Below, piece by piece: positions 17,693-28,090 of a stretch of DNA of 64,000 bases. Source of the stretch: Candidatus Spongiisociaceae bacterium (GTDB taxonomy: Bacteria > Actinomycetota > Acidimicrobiia > Spongiisociales > Spongiisociaceae); the NCBI GenBank assembly GCA_965262915.1, contig OZ253564.1:2016001-2080000 (forward strand), given 5' to 3'. Within the stretch, counting starts at the first letter, position 1, and every line of letters starts with the position of its first letter. The notes beneath the pieces were generated by a model, which ran no database searches, was not told the origin of the DNA, and saw only the letters and a program-made list of their open reading frames with translations. A program made the translations under genes and the position numbers.

Positions 17693-18739
17693 ATGAGAAT
17701 GGACTATCAGGTCATGGAAGCCCTCGAAATGCTCGAACGGGAGCGGGGCATTCCCGTAGACACGATCCTGGACGCGCTCGCCAACGCCTTGGTGTCGGCA
17801 TACAAGCGCAGCCCCGGAGCGGCCGAAGAGGCTCGGGTGACCATCGAGCCGGACGGAGGCGAGATCATCGTCTACGCCCAGGAACTGGACGATGACGGGA
17901 ACGTGGTGAAGGAGTGGAAGGATACGCCCAGCGACTTCGGTCGTATCGCCGCCACGACCGCCAAGCAGGTGATCGCTCAACGCCTCAGAGAGGCCAAGCG
18001 CGAGCAGGTGTACGACGTGTACGAGGGCCGGGACGGGGACCTCGTCACCGGAATCGTCCAGCAGCACGACAACCGCTACACGATCCTGGACCTCGGTAAT
18101 GCCGAGGCGATAATGCCGGGCTCGGAACGGATCCCGTACGAACGTCTCGAGCGCAATGCCCGCGCCAAGGCGCTCATCATCGAGGTTCGCCGCGAGGCCA
18201 AGGGTCCCCAGATCGTGGTCTCCCGGTCCCACCCGGACTTCGTTCGCCGCTTGCTGGACCTCGAGGTACCCGAGTTGCTCGACGGTACTATCGAGATACG
18301 TTCCATCGCCCGCGAGGCCGGGCACCGTACCAAGATCGCGGTGGTCTCCAACGACCCCAACGTCGACCCCAAGGGCGCCTGCGTGGGAGCGCGCGGATCA
18401 CGGGTTCGCCAGGTGGTGAACGAACTGAGGGGCGAGAAGGTCGATGTGGTGCAATGGAGGGAGGAACCTGCCCAGTTCATCGCCGAGGCGCTCGGCCCGG
18501 CCAAGGTGCGGGAAGTGCAGGTGGACGAGGAGGAGAAGTCGGCGGTCGTCATGGTGAGCGAGTATCAGCTCTCGCTGGCCATCGGGCGTGAAGGTCAGAA
18601 CGCGCGGTTGGCCACCCGTTTGACCGGGTACAGGATCGACATCCGCAGCGACTCCCCGCATCGGCGGTCGCCTATGGTGGGCCCGTACGGTCCCCGGCGA
18701 ACCGGGCCGCCGCGGAGGACCGGGACAAGGAGGAGATAG
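17693..18739 (+). CDS. nusA: Transcription factor NusA
   Basis: [50 protein letters not shown]. Confidence 0.97.
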   Translation: MRMDYQVMEALEMLERERGIPVDTILDALANALVSAYKRSPGAAEEARVTIEPDGGEIIVYAQELDDDGNVVKEWKDTPSDFGRIAATTAKQVIAQRLREAKREQVYDVYEGRDGDLVTGIVQQHDNRYTILDLGNAEAIMPGSERIPYERLERNARAKALIIEVRREAKGPQIVVSRSHPDFVRRLLDLEVPELLDGTIEIRSIAREAGHRTKIAVVSNDPNVDPKGACVGARGSRVRQVVNELRGEKVDVVQWREEPAQFIAEALGPAKVREVQVDEEEKSAVVMVSEYQLSLAIGREGQNARLATRLTGYRIDIRSDSPHRRSPMVGPYGPRRTGPPRRTGTRRR

Positions 18740-18748
18740 GCGATCCGT

Positions 18749-20779
18749 ATGGTGACGAAAAGAATCCATGAACTGGCCAAGGAGTTGGGACTTGCCTCCA
18801 GGGATGTCCTGGCCACGGCCCGCGACCTGGGATTGCCGGTTACCACAGCCTCGTCCGGCCTCGAACACGGGGACGCCGAAGCGCTTCGTTCCATGCTGCT
18901 GCCGGACGAACCGGAAGAGGAGCCTACCGAACCGGACGAGGCGTCGCCGCCGGTAGCGATCGAAGAACCACCCGCCCCGTCCCAGGACGAACCTGCAGTC
19001 GAGGAGATCCAGGTCATTACCGTGTCCCACGGCGTGTCCGTCCTAGAGATGGCGCGCGCGATGCGCCGGCCCGTAGGAGAGTTGGTCCGAAAGCTCATCT
19101 CCATGGGCCTGATGGCGGCGGCGGCCGCGCCGGTGCCGGAGGAGGCCATCGAACCTCTGGCCGAGCACTTCGGGTTCCTGGTCGAGATCGAACCCCCGGA
19201 GGCCGAGGTCGATGTCGCGGAGTCGTTGGTCAAGCCGAAGAGAGTTTTCGACGACCATCCGGCATCGCTGGTCGAGCGGCCGCCGGTTGTAACCGTCATG
19301 GGACATGTGGACCATGGCAAGACGACCCTTCTGGACGCCATCCGCCAGACCAACGTGGTTGCGGGTGAGGCGGGGGGCATCACCCAGCACATCGGCGCGT
19401 ACCAGGCATCGGTGGAGGGTCGCCCGCTGACGTTCATCGATACGCCGGGCCATGCGGCCTTCACAGCCATGCGAGCCCGGGGCGCCGAAGTCACCGATAT
19501 CGTGGTTCTCGTCGTTTCCGCCGACGACGGGGTGATGCCGCAGACGATCGAGGCGATCAACCACGCCACGGCAGCCGGAGTGCAGGTGATCGTGGCCATC
19601 AACAAGATGGACCTCGAGAACGCCAACCCGGTCCGGACCCGGGCGATGCTCACCGAGCACGGAGTGGTCACCGAGGAGTTGGGAGGGGACACCATCTCGG
19701 TGGAGCTGTCGGCGGTAACCGGGGAGGGTGTGGACACCCTGCTCGAGATGATCGACCTCGTCGCCCAGGTCTCCGAGTTCACGGCCAACCCGAGAGCGCC
19801 CGCCTCCGGTGTGGTCATCGAGAGCCATCTCGATCGGGGCCTAGGCCCCATCGCGACGGTCATCGTGCAGCGGGGCACCCTCAAGCGGACCAATTCCCTG
19901 GTGGCCGAGACGGTGAGCGGCCGGGTGAGGGCCATGACCAACGACAGGGGGGAGCGGGTCACCGCGGCCGGGCCGTCCGCCCCGGTACTGGTCTCGGGAT
20001 GGTCATCGGTGCCGGCTGCCGGAGATCTGTTCGAGGTCGTCAAGAACGACCGCGTGGCGCGTTCCATGGCGGCCCGGCAGGTGGAGGAACATCGGGCGAG
20101 GACCCTGGTCGTGCCTACCGCTCGGGAGCGGCTCGGGCAGTTGCTCGAACGTCTGCGCTCTCAGGAGCAGGCCGAACTCCGCCTGATCATCAAGGCCGAT
20201 GCCGACGGGTCGATCGGGGCGATCCGGGAAGCGGTCGGCAAGATCGCCAGGGAGGGAGGCCGGGTGACAGTGCTGCACGCCGCGGTCGGAGGGATCACGG
20301 AGAACGACATAACCCTCGCCGACGCCACCGATTCGATAGTCATCGGTTTCAACGTCCGCCCCGATCCTAACGCCCGCCGCGCGGCGGGAGGGGTCGGCGT
20401 GGAGGTCATGACCTACTCGATCATCTACGAGTTGCTGGACGAGATCGAACAGATGCTGGTGGGTCGCCTCGCGCCGGTGGAGGAGGAGCGGTTGCTCGGC
20501 ACCGCCGAGGTGAGGGCCATCTTCCGGGTTCCCAGGTTGGGTGCGGTGGCCGGTTGCTATGTCATGGAGGGTGTGATCCCCCGCGACGCCAAAGCCCGGA
20601 TCGTGCGGGACGGCATCGTGGTTTACGACGGCCGGGTCGCTTCTCTCCGGCGCTTCAAGGACGACGTGGCGGAGGTGGCAGCCGGGTACGAGTGCGGTGT
20701 GGGGCTCGATCGGTTTCGCGATGTCAAGGAGGGCGATGTCATCGAGACGTACCGGGTCGACGAAGTGGCTGCCCTGTGA
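18749..20779 (+). CDS. infB: Translation initiation factor IF-2
   Basis: [45 protein letters not shown]. Confidence 0.98.
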   Translation: MVTKRIHELAKELGLASRDVLATARDLGLPVTTASSGLEHGDAEALRSMLLPDEPEEEPTEPDEASPPVAIEEPPAPSQDEPAVEEIQVITVSHGVSVLEMARAMRRPVGELVRKLISMGLMAAAAAPVPEEAIEPLAEHFGFLVEIEPPEAEVDVAESLVKPKRVFDDHPASLVERPPVVTVMGHVDHGKTTLLDAIRQTNVVAGEAGGITQHIGAYQASVEGRPLTFIDTPGHAAFTAMRARGAEVTDIVVLVVSADDGVMPQTIEAINHATAAGVQVIVAINKMDLENANPVRTRAMLTEHGVVTEELGGDTISVELSAVTGEGVDTLLEMIDLVAQVSEFTANPRAPASGVVIESHLDRGLGPIATVIVQRGTLKRTNSLVAETVSGRVRAMTNDRGERVTAAGPSAPVLVSGWSSVPAAGDLFEVVKNDRVARSMAARQVEEHRARTLVVPTARERLGQLLERLRSQEQAELRLIIKADADGSIGAIREAVGKIAREGGRVTVLHAAVGGITENDITLADATDSIVIGFNVRPDPNARRAAGGVGVEVMTYSIIYELLDEIEQMLVGRLAPVEEERLLGTAEVRAIFRVPRLGAVAGCYVMEGVIPRDAKARIVRDGIVVYDGRVASLRRFKDDVAEVAAGYECGVGLDRFRDVKEGDVIETYRVDEVAAL

Positions 20780-20800
20780 CCGGCTCGGCGTGATTATCGC

Positions 20801-21103
20801 GTGGCAACCATGCACGCGGCAGCGCTCCGTGTCGACCTCCGGCTGAGAGACGTCCACTCCCTCAAGTCCAAGCGTCGGCGGATCACACGGCTGTCCGCAT
20901 CTCTCCGCCGCGCCTTTCCCGTGGCATTCGCCGAGGTGGACTACCACGATCTGTGGCAGCGGGCTGCTGTCGGGGTGGGCATAGTCTCCCCTCACGCCTC
21001 GCAGTTGGAGATGGCGATCCACTCCGTACATCGTTTTCTCGAGCGCTGGGAGGAGGTGGAGGTCCTGTCGGTGGGAGTTTCCTACCTCGAGGATCCACCG
21101 TGA
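20801..21103 (+). CDS. DUF503 (YlxP-like) protein
   Basis: HSLKSKRR, AEVDYHDLWQRA; lies between infB and rbfA. Confidence 0.85.
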   Translation: MATMHAAALRVDLRLRDVHSLKSKRRRITRLSASLRRAFPVAFAEVDYHDLWQRAAVGVGIVSPHASQLEMAIHSVHRFLERWEEVEVLSVGVSYLEDPP

Positions 21104-21113
21104 GGGGTCGACG

Positions 21114-21473
21114 GTGACCGGCCAGCGTATGCGGAGGGTCAACGAGATCCTCCGGGAGGTGATCGCCGAGGAATGCGCCAACCTCAAGGATCCTCGCATC
21201 GGCTTTCTCACCGTGACCGGCGTGTCCACCTCGCCCGATCTCCGCAACGCCGATGTCTACTACACGGTGCTCGGTGGTCAGGAGGCCGAGGACGAAACCG
21301 CCCGGGCCCTGGCTGCGGCCGCTTCCCGTATCCGGGCGGCCGCGGGGGGCCAGGTACGGCTCAAGTACATTCCCAAGTTGACCTTCGTTCCCGACCCGGC
21401 CGTGGCCCACGCCCGCCGCATCGAGAGGATCCTGAGGGAGATCGGAGGGAAGGAGGTGTCCCATGATGCCTGA
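21114..21473 (+). CDS. rbfA: Ribosome-binding factor A
   Basis: KDPRIGFLTVTGV..SPDL, LKYIPKLTF. Confidence 0.95.
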   Translation: MTGQRMRRVNEILREVIAEECANLKDPRIGFLTVTGVSTSPDLRNADVYYTVLGGQEAEDETARALAAAASRIRAAAGGQVRLKYIPKLTFVPDPAVAHARRIERILREIGGKEVSHDA

Positions 21474-22434
21474 TGCCGACCGGGGACTCGATGCCGCGGC
21501 CCGGGTGATCCTGAGCGCCGGGTCGCTGGTGGCGACCGGGCACGTGAACCCGGACGGCGATGCGTTGGGCGCGGCCCTCGGGCTGGCCCTGGTGTCCCGC
21601 TCCGAGGGCCGCCCGGCCGACGTGTGCTTCGGGGGCGATTTCGTCCTTCCGGACCACTTCGCTTTTCTCGATACCGCCCCGCTGTCGGATCCGAAGGATG
21701 TCGGCGCCCCCGATGTTCTGGTCGCATTCGATGTCAACGATCCCGAGAGGCTGGGTGGGGAGTTGGCGGAGTTGGTGGCCGCGGCGGGAACGGTCGTGAT
21801 GATCGATCACCACGTCGCCGGGCCGGGTTTCGGGGATATCCAGGTGTGTGATCCGAAGGCCCCGGCCGCCGCCCTGCTGTGCCGGCGTCTGATCAGGCGC
21901 CTCGGATGGACCCTGACGCCCGAGTCCGCCACCGCCCTCCTGCTGGGCCTGGTGACCGACACGGGCCGGTTCCAGTATTCGAACACCAATCCCGAGGCTT
22001 TCAGGATCGCGGCGGAACTGGTGGAAGCCGGCGCCCGCCCCGAGGTCATCGGCCAGGCCGTATACGAGTCGGTCAAGTTCGGTTACCTCGGCGTGGCGGG
22101 GCTCGTTCTGACCCGGGCTGTCCTGGAGCCGGCCCGGTGCCTCGTCTGGTCCTACCTCACCCGGGACGACCTCTCGCGCCACCGTATCGGGATGGAGGAC
22201 GCGGATGCACTGATCGATGCGGTCCGGGTGGCCCGGGAAGCCGAGGTGGCGCTGCTGGCCAAGGAGCAGCCGGACGGCAAGTGGAAAGTGAGCCTGCGGT
22301 CCCGACGCTTCGTCGATGTTGCGGCCATCGCCGGATCGATGGGAGGCGGGGGGCACCACCGGGCGTCGGGCTTCGAGTTCGACGGGCCGCTGGAAGACGC
22401 CATCGAAGCGGTGCGGCGCCGGCTCCCCGGGTGA
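21463..22434 (+). CDS. nrnA: DHH-family oligoribonuclease/PAP phosphatase
   Basis: HVNPDGDALG, IDHH, TDTGRF, SLRS, GGGGHHRASG. Confidence 0.9.
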   Translation: MMPDADRGLDAAARVILSAGSLVATGHVNPDGDALGAALGLALVSRSEGRPADVCFGGDFVLPDHFAFLDTAPLSDPKDVGAPDVLVAFDVNDPERLGGELAELVAAAGTVVMIDHHVAGPGFGDIQVCDPKAPAAALLCRRLIRRLGWTLTPESATALLLGLVTDTGRFQYSNTNPEAFRIAAELVEAGARPEVIGQAVYESVKFGYLGVAGLVLTRAVLEPARCLVWSYLTRDDLSRHRIGMEDADALIDAVRVAREAEVALLAKEQPDGKWKVSLRSRRFVDVAAIAGSMGGGGHHRASGFEFDGPLEDAIEAVRRRLPG

Positions 22435-23324
22435 GTACCGGACCCGCTTTCGTTCTGGTCGACAAGGCCGCTGGTTGGACCTCCCATGACGTGGTGGCCC
22501 GCGCGCGGAGTATTTTCCAGACGAGGAAGATCGGCCATGCGGGAACCCTGGATCCGATGGCCACCGGCTTGCTGGTGCTGGGTGTGGGCCGGGCGACCCG
22601 GTTGCTGCGTTTTGTCACCGACCAGCCCAAGGAGTACGAGGCCACCGCCTGTTTCGGGGTCGCCACCGATTCGCTGGATGCCGATGGCGAAGTGGTGGAC
22701 CGCAGGCCGATCGAGGTGGATGAGGACCGGTTGTCCGGTGTCATGGCCGGATTCGTCGGGGACATCCTCCAGGTTCCGCCGATGGTCTCGGCGGTCAGGA
22801 TCGGCGGGAAACGGCTTCACGAACTGGCGCGGCGCGGCCAGGAGGTGGAACGCCCGCCCCGATCGGTGCGGGTGGATCGTCTCGACTTGGAGGGTCTGGG
22901 CCCCGGACCCTTTCCACGCGTGCGGTTCCGGGTGGTGGGAGGCAGCGGGCTGTACGTGCGGGTCCTGGCCGATGACATCGCCCGGGCGCTGGGAGGGAGG
23001 GCCCATCTCACCGCCTTGCGAAGGGTCCGGAACGGGTTGCTGCGGGTGGGGAGCGCCCGCCCGATCGAAGGATTGGTGGATCTGGGCCGCAAGGGTCGGG
23101 TCGGTGAGGCGATGGTCACCCCGGGGGACGGGTTGTCCCACCTGGATAGGGTAGAGATGGACCCCGGGTTGATCGAGGCGGTCGGTCACGGGCGGCGCAT
23201 CCGGGCCGTAGCAGCAGGCGGTGTGGTCGGCGACGGCCCGGTGAGGATGATGGCCGGGTCCCGCCTGCTGGCTGTCTACCGTGTCGAGGGCGACGAACTG
23301 CTACCGGAGGTCGTGCTCGCGTGA
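22431..23324 (+). CDS. truB: tRNA pseudouridine(55) synthase
   Basis: DKAAGWTSHDVV, GHAGTLDPMATGLL, QVPPMVSA; GTG overlaps nrnA stop. Confidence 0.95.
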   Translation: MSTGPAFVLVDKAAGWTSHDVVARARSIFQTRKIGHAGTLDPMATGLLVLGVGRATRLLRFVTDQPKEYEATACFGVATDSLDADGEVVDRRPIEVDEDRLSGVMAGFVGDILQVPPMVSAVRIGGKRLHELARRGQEVERPPRSVRVDRLDLEGLGPGPFPRVRFRVVGGSGLYVRVLADDIARALGGRAHLTALRRVRNGLLRVGSARPIEGLVDLGRKGRVGEAMVTPGDGLSHLDRVEMDPGLIEAVGHGRRIRAVAAGGVVGDGPVRMMAGSRLLAVYRVEGDELLPEVVLA

Positions 23325-23334
23325 AAGTGGTCTC

Positions 23335-24264
23335 ATGAGGGTATGGACCGGCGATCCGCGGATGTGGGGACCGGGTCCCGACTGCGGGACCGCGGTGACG
23401 ATCGGTGTGTTCGACGGAGTGCACCGAGGGCACCAGCAGGTCCTGGCCGGCCTGTCACTCCGGGCTCTCGAATTCGGGAACCTGGAGAAAGTGGTGGTCA
23501 CCTTCGATATACATCCGCGCTCGTTGCTGACCCCCGCCCGAGCCCCGAAGATGCTCACCACGGTTTCCCGGCGCCTCGAGCTTCTCGAGTCGATGGGCAT
23601 CGACCAGGTGGGGGTCCTGCCTTTCACCCTCATCCGCCACCTCGCTCCCGAGGAGTTCGTCCGCTGCGTCGTGGTGCGCGGGTTCACCGCCCGGGTCGTG
23701 TCGGTGGGTCACGACTTCCGCTACGGCACGGGGAGGTCCGGTGATGTGGCGGGCCTGCGGGCGAGAGGAGAGGTACACGGGTTTGTGGTCGAGGAGCAAG
23801 AACTCCTGGCAGGTGAGCGGGGTCCGGTCTCCTCCTCCGCTATCCGCCGCTCGATCGCGGAGGGTGACATGGTGACGGCGACGATGCTGCTGGGTCGTCA
23901 ACACCGCTTGTACGGATCGGTCGTTGCGGTGGACCGGCGAGGAGCATCGCTCGGGATTCCTGGCGCGCTCGTGGAGATCGACCGATCCATGGCCGTACCG
24001 TGCCAGGGCGTGTACGCGGTGTGGACGGAGATGGGCGGGGATCCCCTCCCGGGGCTGTGCTACATCGGTCCTCCCTGCGGCCCGGCAAGTCCGGAGGATC
24101 CGTTGGCTGTCCACGTACTGGACTGGAGCGGTGATCTACAAGCCCGGGAGATCGGGGTGCGCTTCGTGGAACGAATCCGCGGACTGCAACCCGGCAAGGG
24201 TGTCGAGCGGCAGGCGACGCGCATCGCAGGAGACGCGGCCCGGGTCCGCCGGCTACTCGGATGA
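23335..24264 (+). CDS. ribF: RibF-family FAD synthetase; riboflavin kinase domain appears degenerate
   Basis: IGVFDGVHRGH, VGHDFRYG, VSSSAIR intact; kinase PTAN replaced by PGAL and catalytic E-x-H replaced by AVH. Confidence 0.85.
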   Translation: MRVWTGDPRMWGPGPDCGTAVTIGVFDGVHRGHQQVLAGLSLRALEFGNLEKVVVTFDIHPRSLLTPARAPKMLTTVSRRLELLESMGIDQVGVLPFTLIRHLAPEEFVRCVVVRGFTARVVSVGHDFRYGTGRSGDVAGLRARGEVHGFVVEEQELLAGERGPVSSSAIRRSIAEGDMVTATMLLGRQHRLYGSVVAVDRRGASLGIPGALVEIDRSMAVPCQGVYAVWTEMGGDPLPGLCYIGPPCGPASPEDPLAVHVLDWSGDLQAREIGVRFVERIRGLQPGKGVERQATRIAGDAARVRRLLG

Positions 24265-24271
24265 ACCCTAG

Positions 24272-24369
24272 GAGAATGCTGAAAAACGGGTAATTGGTTG
24301 GTCCGTCGTCCGCTGACGTGGCATTTTGTCATCGACGGCCGGCCCAACGGGGGGTTTCTCAGCACTCTC
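24272..24369. mobile_element. MITE family A copy
   Basis: CTAG-GAGAATGCTGAAAAAC...GTTTCTCAGCACTCTC-CTCG; interior homologous to the 27927 copy. Confidence 0.8.
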
Positions 24370-24903
24370 CTCGACCGGACGGTCAGCGTGGCGGCGGTCC
24401 GACCTGGAAACGACGTAGGCGACCGCAAGCCGGGAATACTCGGCGATCGTAGGTGGACTCCTTCCGCCACCGGCGTCCGGCGGCGGACGCGCGCGGCTCG
24501 CCACCCGACCGCGCGAGGGTCTTGATTTCGATCGGTTCATGACGAATGATTGGGGGACGGCGCTGTGGGAGGATCGCGAGCCGGAAGGATGGATGGATAG
24601 CACATGGATGACCGCAAGTCTCGTGACCGCCTGACCTCGTTGTATGTGAGCCTTCTGAGGCTGACGTGGTTGCACATGGTCCTGCGCATACTCCTGTTGC
24701 AACGTTGGGTACTGACCACTTGGCGATACGTGGTCTTCGGGATCGACACACGACGACCGCCCCGTCCCACTCAGCAGGAGTTGAGAGACCTGTACGGGTG
24801 AGCCGGCGGCCATGTCTGCAGTCTCCCGGTTAGGTGCTACACTTCCCCCGACCCCCCACTACTTCGCGCACCCGTTCGGGATGCCAGGGTCGAGCGAGAG
24901 AAG

Positions 24904-25161
24904 ATGAACACGACCCAAGAGACAGTCGCCGAATTCGGTGCTCATGACAGCGATACAGGATCTCCCGAGGTCCAAGTGGCGTTGCTCACCGGACGGATCC
25001 GCCATCTCACCGAGCACCTGCGCGAGCACAAGCACGATCATCACAGTCGTCGCGGCTTGCTGATGATGGTTGGCAAGCGTCGGCGACTCCTGAAGTACCT
25101 TCGGCGGACCGAGGTGGAGCGGTACCGCAGGCTGATCGCCAAGCTCGGGCTGCGGCGTTAG
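24904..25161 (+). CDS. rpsO: 30S ribosomal protein S15
   Basis: [30 protein letters not shown]. Confidence 0.98.
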   Translation: MNTTQETVAEFGAHDSDTGSPEVQVALLTGRIRHLTEHLREHKHDHHSRRGLLMMVGKRRRLLKYLRRTEVERYRRLIAKLGLRR

Positions 25162-25356
25162 AGGTCGACCGGGCGGTGGCTTCGAGGCTGCGCCCGGCTA
25201 GTCGGTGGGTCGAGATGGGCTTTCGTCGCGGTTGCCCGGTGGGAGTCGGGTGACCGGATACAGGTTTCTCGGCGGCTTCCGCCACCCGGACAGATCAGAA
25301 AACCGAATACCAACCACAGAACAATGCAGACATATGGCAGCTCGGGAGCGCAGCGC

Positions 25357-25433
25357 CGGTCGGTTGTCAGTCGCCATCCCTTCGGAGCACCCCGTGATCG
25401 GGGTCCGGAGGTATGACCACTGGTAATTGACTG
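25357..25433 (+). promoter_or_regulatory. pnp leader long hairpin (actinobacterial pnp-leader-like)
   Basis: CGGTTGTCAGT pairs with ACTGGTAATTG around inner stems CCTTCGGA/TCCGGAGG and ACCCCG/CGGGGT. Confidence 0.5.
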
Positions 25434-25487
25434 AGTTCGCTTCCCGAAGCTCCATGCAACAAGACAACGGAGAGACAAGGAGAGCGC

Positions 25488-27926
25488 GTGTCCGAGCACA
25501 CAGTTAGAGGCCGTGTCGGTGACAGAGAGGTCGTGTTTACCACCGGCAAGCTTGCCCGCCAGGCAAACGGAGCGGTGAGGGTATCGATGGGCGAGACGGA
25601 GACCCTGGTCACCGCCACCGCCAACGACAAGCCGAGGGATTCGGTGAATTTCTTCCCCCTCACGATCGATGTCGAGGAACGCATGTATGCGGTCGGCAAG
25701 ATTCCGGGGTCGTTCTTCAGACGCGAGGGTCGGGCCACGGAGAAGGCCACGCTGATTTGCCGGCTGATTGATCGGCCGCTCCGGCCCTCGTTCCGCAAGG
25801 GCTATCGCAACGACACCCATGTGGTAGTGACGGTCCTGCAGGTCGACGGGGAGAACGCCTACGACGTCCTGTCGCTGAACGGCGCTTCGGCTGCGCTGAC
25901 CTTGAGCGACCTTCCCTTCGAGGGGCCGCTCGGTGGAGTCCGTCTCGGCCTCCGCGAGGGCGAGTGGATTCCGTTTCCCACCTTCACCGAACTCGACGAG
26001 TGCGTGTTCGACCTGGTCGTGGTCGGGCGGCGAAACGGGTCCGGTTCGGTGGACATTGTGATGGTGGAGGCGGGCGCCCCGGATGCCGCCATGGATCTCA
26101 TCGCCGGAGGCCAGCCGCCCCCCGACGAGGCATTGGTGGGAGAAGGTCTCGAAGCGGCCAAGAACTTCATCGGCACGCTGATCGATCTCCAGACCGAGTT
26201 GGCGGCTGTGGCCGGCAATGAAGTGGGGGAGTGGCCGGCGTTCGTCGAATACACCGACGATGTTTACCGCCAGGTCGAGGACCTGGCAGCGGACGGGGTC
26301 GCGGAGATCGTGAGGATCGCTGACAAGACCGAGCGGACGGTCGCGGAGAAGGCGTTGCGTGATCGGGTTGTCGAGCACTTCGAGGAGAGCGAAGAAGGTA
26401 TGGCCGCCCAGGCCACCAGAGCGTTGAAGGCGCTGGCGAAGAAGACCATGCGCGAGCGGATCCTCAGCGAGGGGATCCGGATGGATGGCCGTACCTCCAC
26501 CGAGATCCGGCCGCTGGCGGCCGAGGTGGACGTGCTCAGTCGCGCTCACGGTTCCTCCCTGTTCACGAGGGGCGAGACGCAGGTGCTCAACGTGGTCACC
26601 CTCGGGATGCCCCGCATGGAACAGTTGCTCGACACCATCAGCAACGAGGAGAGCAAGCGGTACATGCACCATTACAACTTCCCGCCCTACTCGACCGGTG
26701 AGGCCGGGTTTATGCGCGGGCCCAAGCGGCGCGAGATCGGCCATGGGGCCCTGGCCGAGAAGGCGCTCAAGCCGGTGGTACCGCAAGACGACGGATTCCA
26801 GTACACGCTACGCCTCGTGTCGGAGGTCCTCTCCTCGAATGGGTCGTCGTCGATGGCCTCGGTCTGCGCCTCCTCCCTGTCGCTCATGGACGCCGGGATC
26901 AAGATCTCCGCACCGGTGGCGGGAATCGCCATGGGCTTGGTCGCCGAGAACGGCCAGTACGTGACCCTGACCGACATCCTCGGAGCGGAGGACGCGCTCG
27001 GGGACATGGACTTCAAGGTGGCCGGGACAGCGGACGTGATCACCGCCCTCCAGCTCGACATGAAGATCGACGGCCTTCCGTCGGAGGTCCTGGCCGGTGC
27101 GCTGGATCAGGCCAGGTCAGCCCGGCTGAAGGTGCTGGAGGTCATGGAGGCTGCCATCCACGACCCGCGCACCGAACTAAAGGAATCTGCCCCGCGGGTG
27201 GAGACCGTGCAGATACCGGTCGACAAGATCGGCGAGATCATCGGGCCCAAGGGCAAGGTGATCCGTGAGTTGGAACAGGTGACCGGAGCCACCCTCGAGG
27301 TCCAGGATGACGGGACGGTGCTGGTGTCGTCCAGCGACGGCACGTCGCTCGCCGATGCGATGGGTCGGGTAAAGGAGATCGCCTTCCCACCGCAGCCCGA
27401 GATCGACAAGGAATACGAGGGCAAGGTGGTGAGTATCACCGACTTCGGGGCTTTCGTGAACATCCTCCCCGGCCGCGACGGTCTGCTGCACATCTCGAAG
27501 ATCGACAGCACCCGTCACGTTCGCCGGGTCGGCGACTATCTCACGGAGGGAGACGACTTGAAAGTGGTGGTCGACTCCATCGACCGCGGTGGCAAGGTCT
27601 CCCTCAAGCTGGTCGAGGACCTTGAGCCCAAGCCCGATGCCCAACGCCCGAGGGGCGGAGACCGTGGCGGTGGTCGTGGTCGTGGCGGCGGCGGTGGTCG
27701 TGGCGGCGGCGGTGGTCGTGGTCGTGGCGGCGGCGGTGGTCGTGGCGGCGGCGGTGGTCGTGGTCGTGGCGGCGGCGGTGGTCGTGGCGGCAGCCGTGGC
27801 GGTAGCGGGGGCCCGCGCGGTCGTGACAACCGGGGTGGTAGCCGCCCCGGCGGTAACCGCCAGGGATCGGGCGGCGGTGGTCGCCGGTTCGCATCGTTCG
27901 AGGACGCCTTCAAAGACGGGATCTAG
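25488..27926 (+). CDS. pnp: Polyribonucleotide nucleotidyltransferase with RGG-rich C-terminal tail
   Basis: FFPLT, RLIDRPLRP, HGSSLFTRGETQ, RREIGHG, SNGSSSMASVC, GDMDFKVAGT, KH and S1 domains. Confidence 0.98.
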   Translation: MSEHTVRGRVGDREVVFTTGKLARQANGAVRVSMGETETLVTATANDKPRDSVNFFPLTIDVEERMYAVGKIPGSFFRREGRATEKATLICRLIDRPLRPSFRKGYRNDTHVVVTVLQVDGENAYDVLSLNGASAALTLSDLPFEGPLGGVRLGLREGEWIPFPTFTELDECVFDLVVVGRRNGSGSVDIVMVEAGAPDAAMDLIAGGQPPPDEALVGEGLEAAKNFIGTLIDLQTELAAVAGNEVGEWPAFVEYTDDVYRQVEDLAADGVAEIVRIADKTERTVAEKALRDRVVEHFEESEEGMAAQATRALKALAKKTMRERILSEGIRMDGRTSTEIRPLAAEVDVLSRAHGSSLFTRGETQVLNVVTLGMPRMEQLLDTISNEESKRYMHHYNFPPYSTGEAGFMRGPKRREIGHGALAEKALKPVVPQDDGFQYTLRLVSEVLSSNGSSSMASVCASSLSLMDAGIKISAPVAGIAMGLVAENGQYVTLTDILGAEDALGDMDFKVAGTADVITALQLDMKIDGLPSEVLAGALDQARSARLKVLEVMEAAIHDPRTELKESAPRVETVQIPVDKIGEIIGPKGKVIRELEQVTGATLEVQDDGTVLVSSSDGTSLADAMGRVKEIAFPPQPEIDKEYEGKVVSITDFGAFVNILPGRDGLLHISKIDSTRHVRRVGDYLTEGDDLKVVVDSIDRGGKVSLKLVEDLEPKPDAQRPRGGDRGGGRGRGGGGGRGGGGGRGRGGGGGRGGGGGRGRGGGGGRGGSRGGSGGPRGRDNRGGSRPGGNRQGSGGGGRRFASFEDAFKDGI
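27669..27791 (+). repeat. In-frame tandem repeat, about 3 x 42 bp, encoding GGRGRGGGGGRGGG
   Basis: Unit GGTGGTCGTGGTCGTGGCGGCGGCGGTGGTCGTGGCGGCGGC at 27669, 27711 and 27753 (last truncated). Confidence 0.9.
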
Positions 27927-28023
27927 GAGGGTCCTCAAAACGGACAAAATGGTTGGCCCGTCGGCCGCCGGCGTAGCATTCTGTCATCGCCCGTCGGGCC
28001 AACAGGGGTTTCTCAGCACCTTC
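27927..28023. mobile_element. MITE family A copy with intact CTAG target duplication
   Basis: CTAG (27923-26, pnp stop)-GAGGGTCCTCAAAAC...GTTTCTCAGCACCTTC-CTAG (28024-27). Confidence 0.85.
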
Positions 28024-28090
28024 CTAGCACGGGCCGAGCGCCCCGGCATCTCCTACCGGCCTGTCCGGAGGCCGCGTAAGCTACGTGGCG

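Noticed and set aside
24604-24801. 65-aa ORF upstream of rpsO
   Set aside because: No recognisable motif or clear RBS; could be a remnant but cannot be supported.
25158-26786. Long antisense or alternate-frame ORFs (also 1057-2535, 3688-4929, 18595-20067, 40053-41789, 54712-56253)
   Set aside because: Shadow ORFs expected at high GC; they overlap well-supported genes and have no recognisable motifs.
28062-28082. TGTCCG-N9-TAAGCT upstream of fpg as a PafBC promoter
   Set aside because: Plausible for a repair gene, but spacing is one base short and the hexamer is imperfect.
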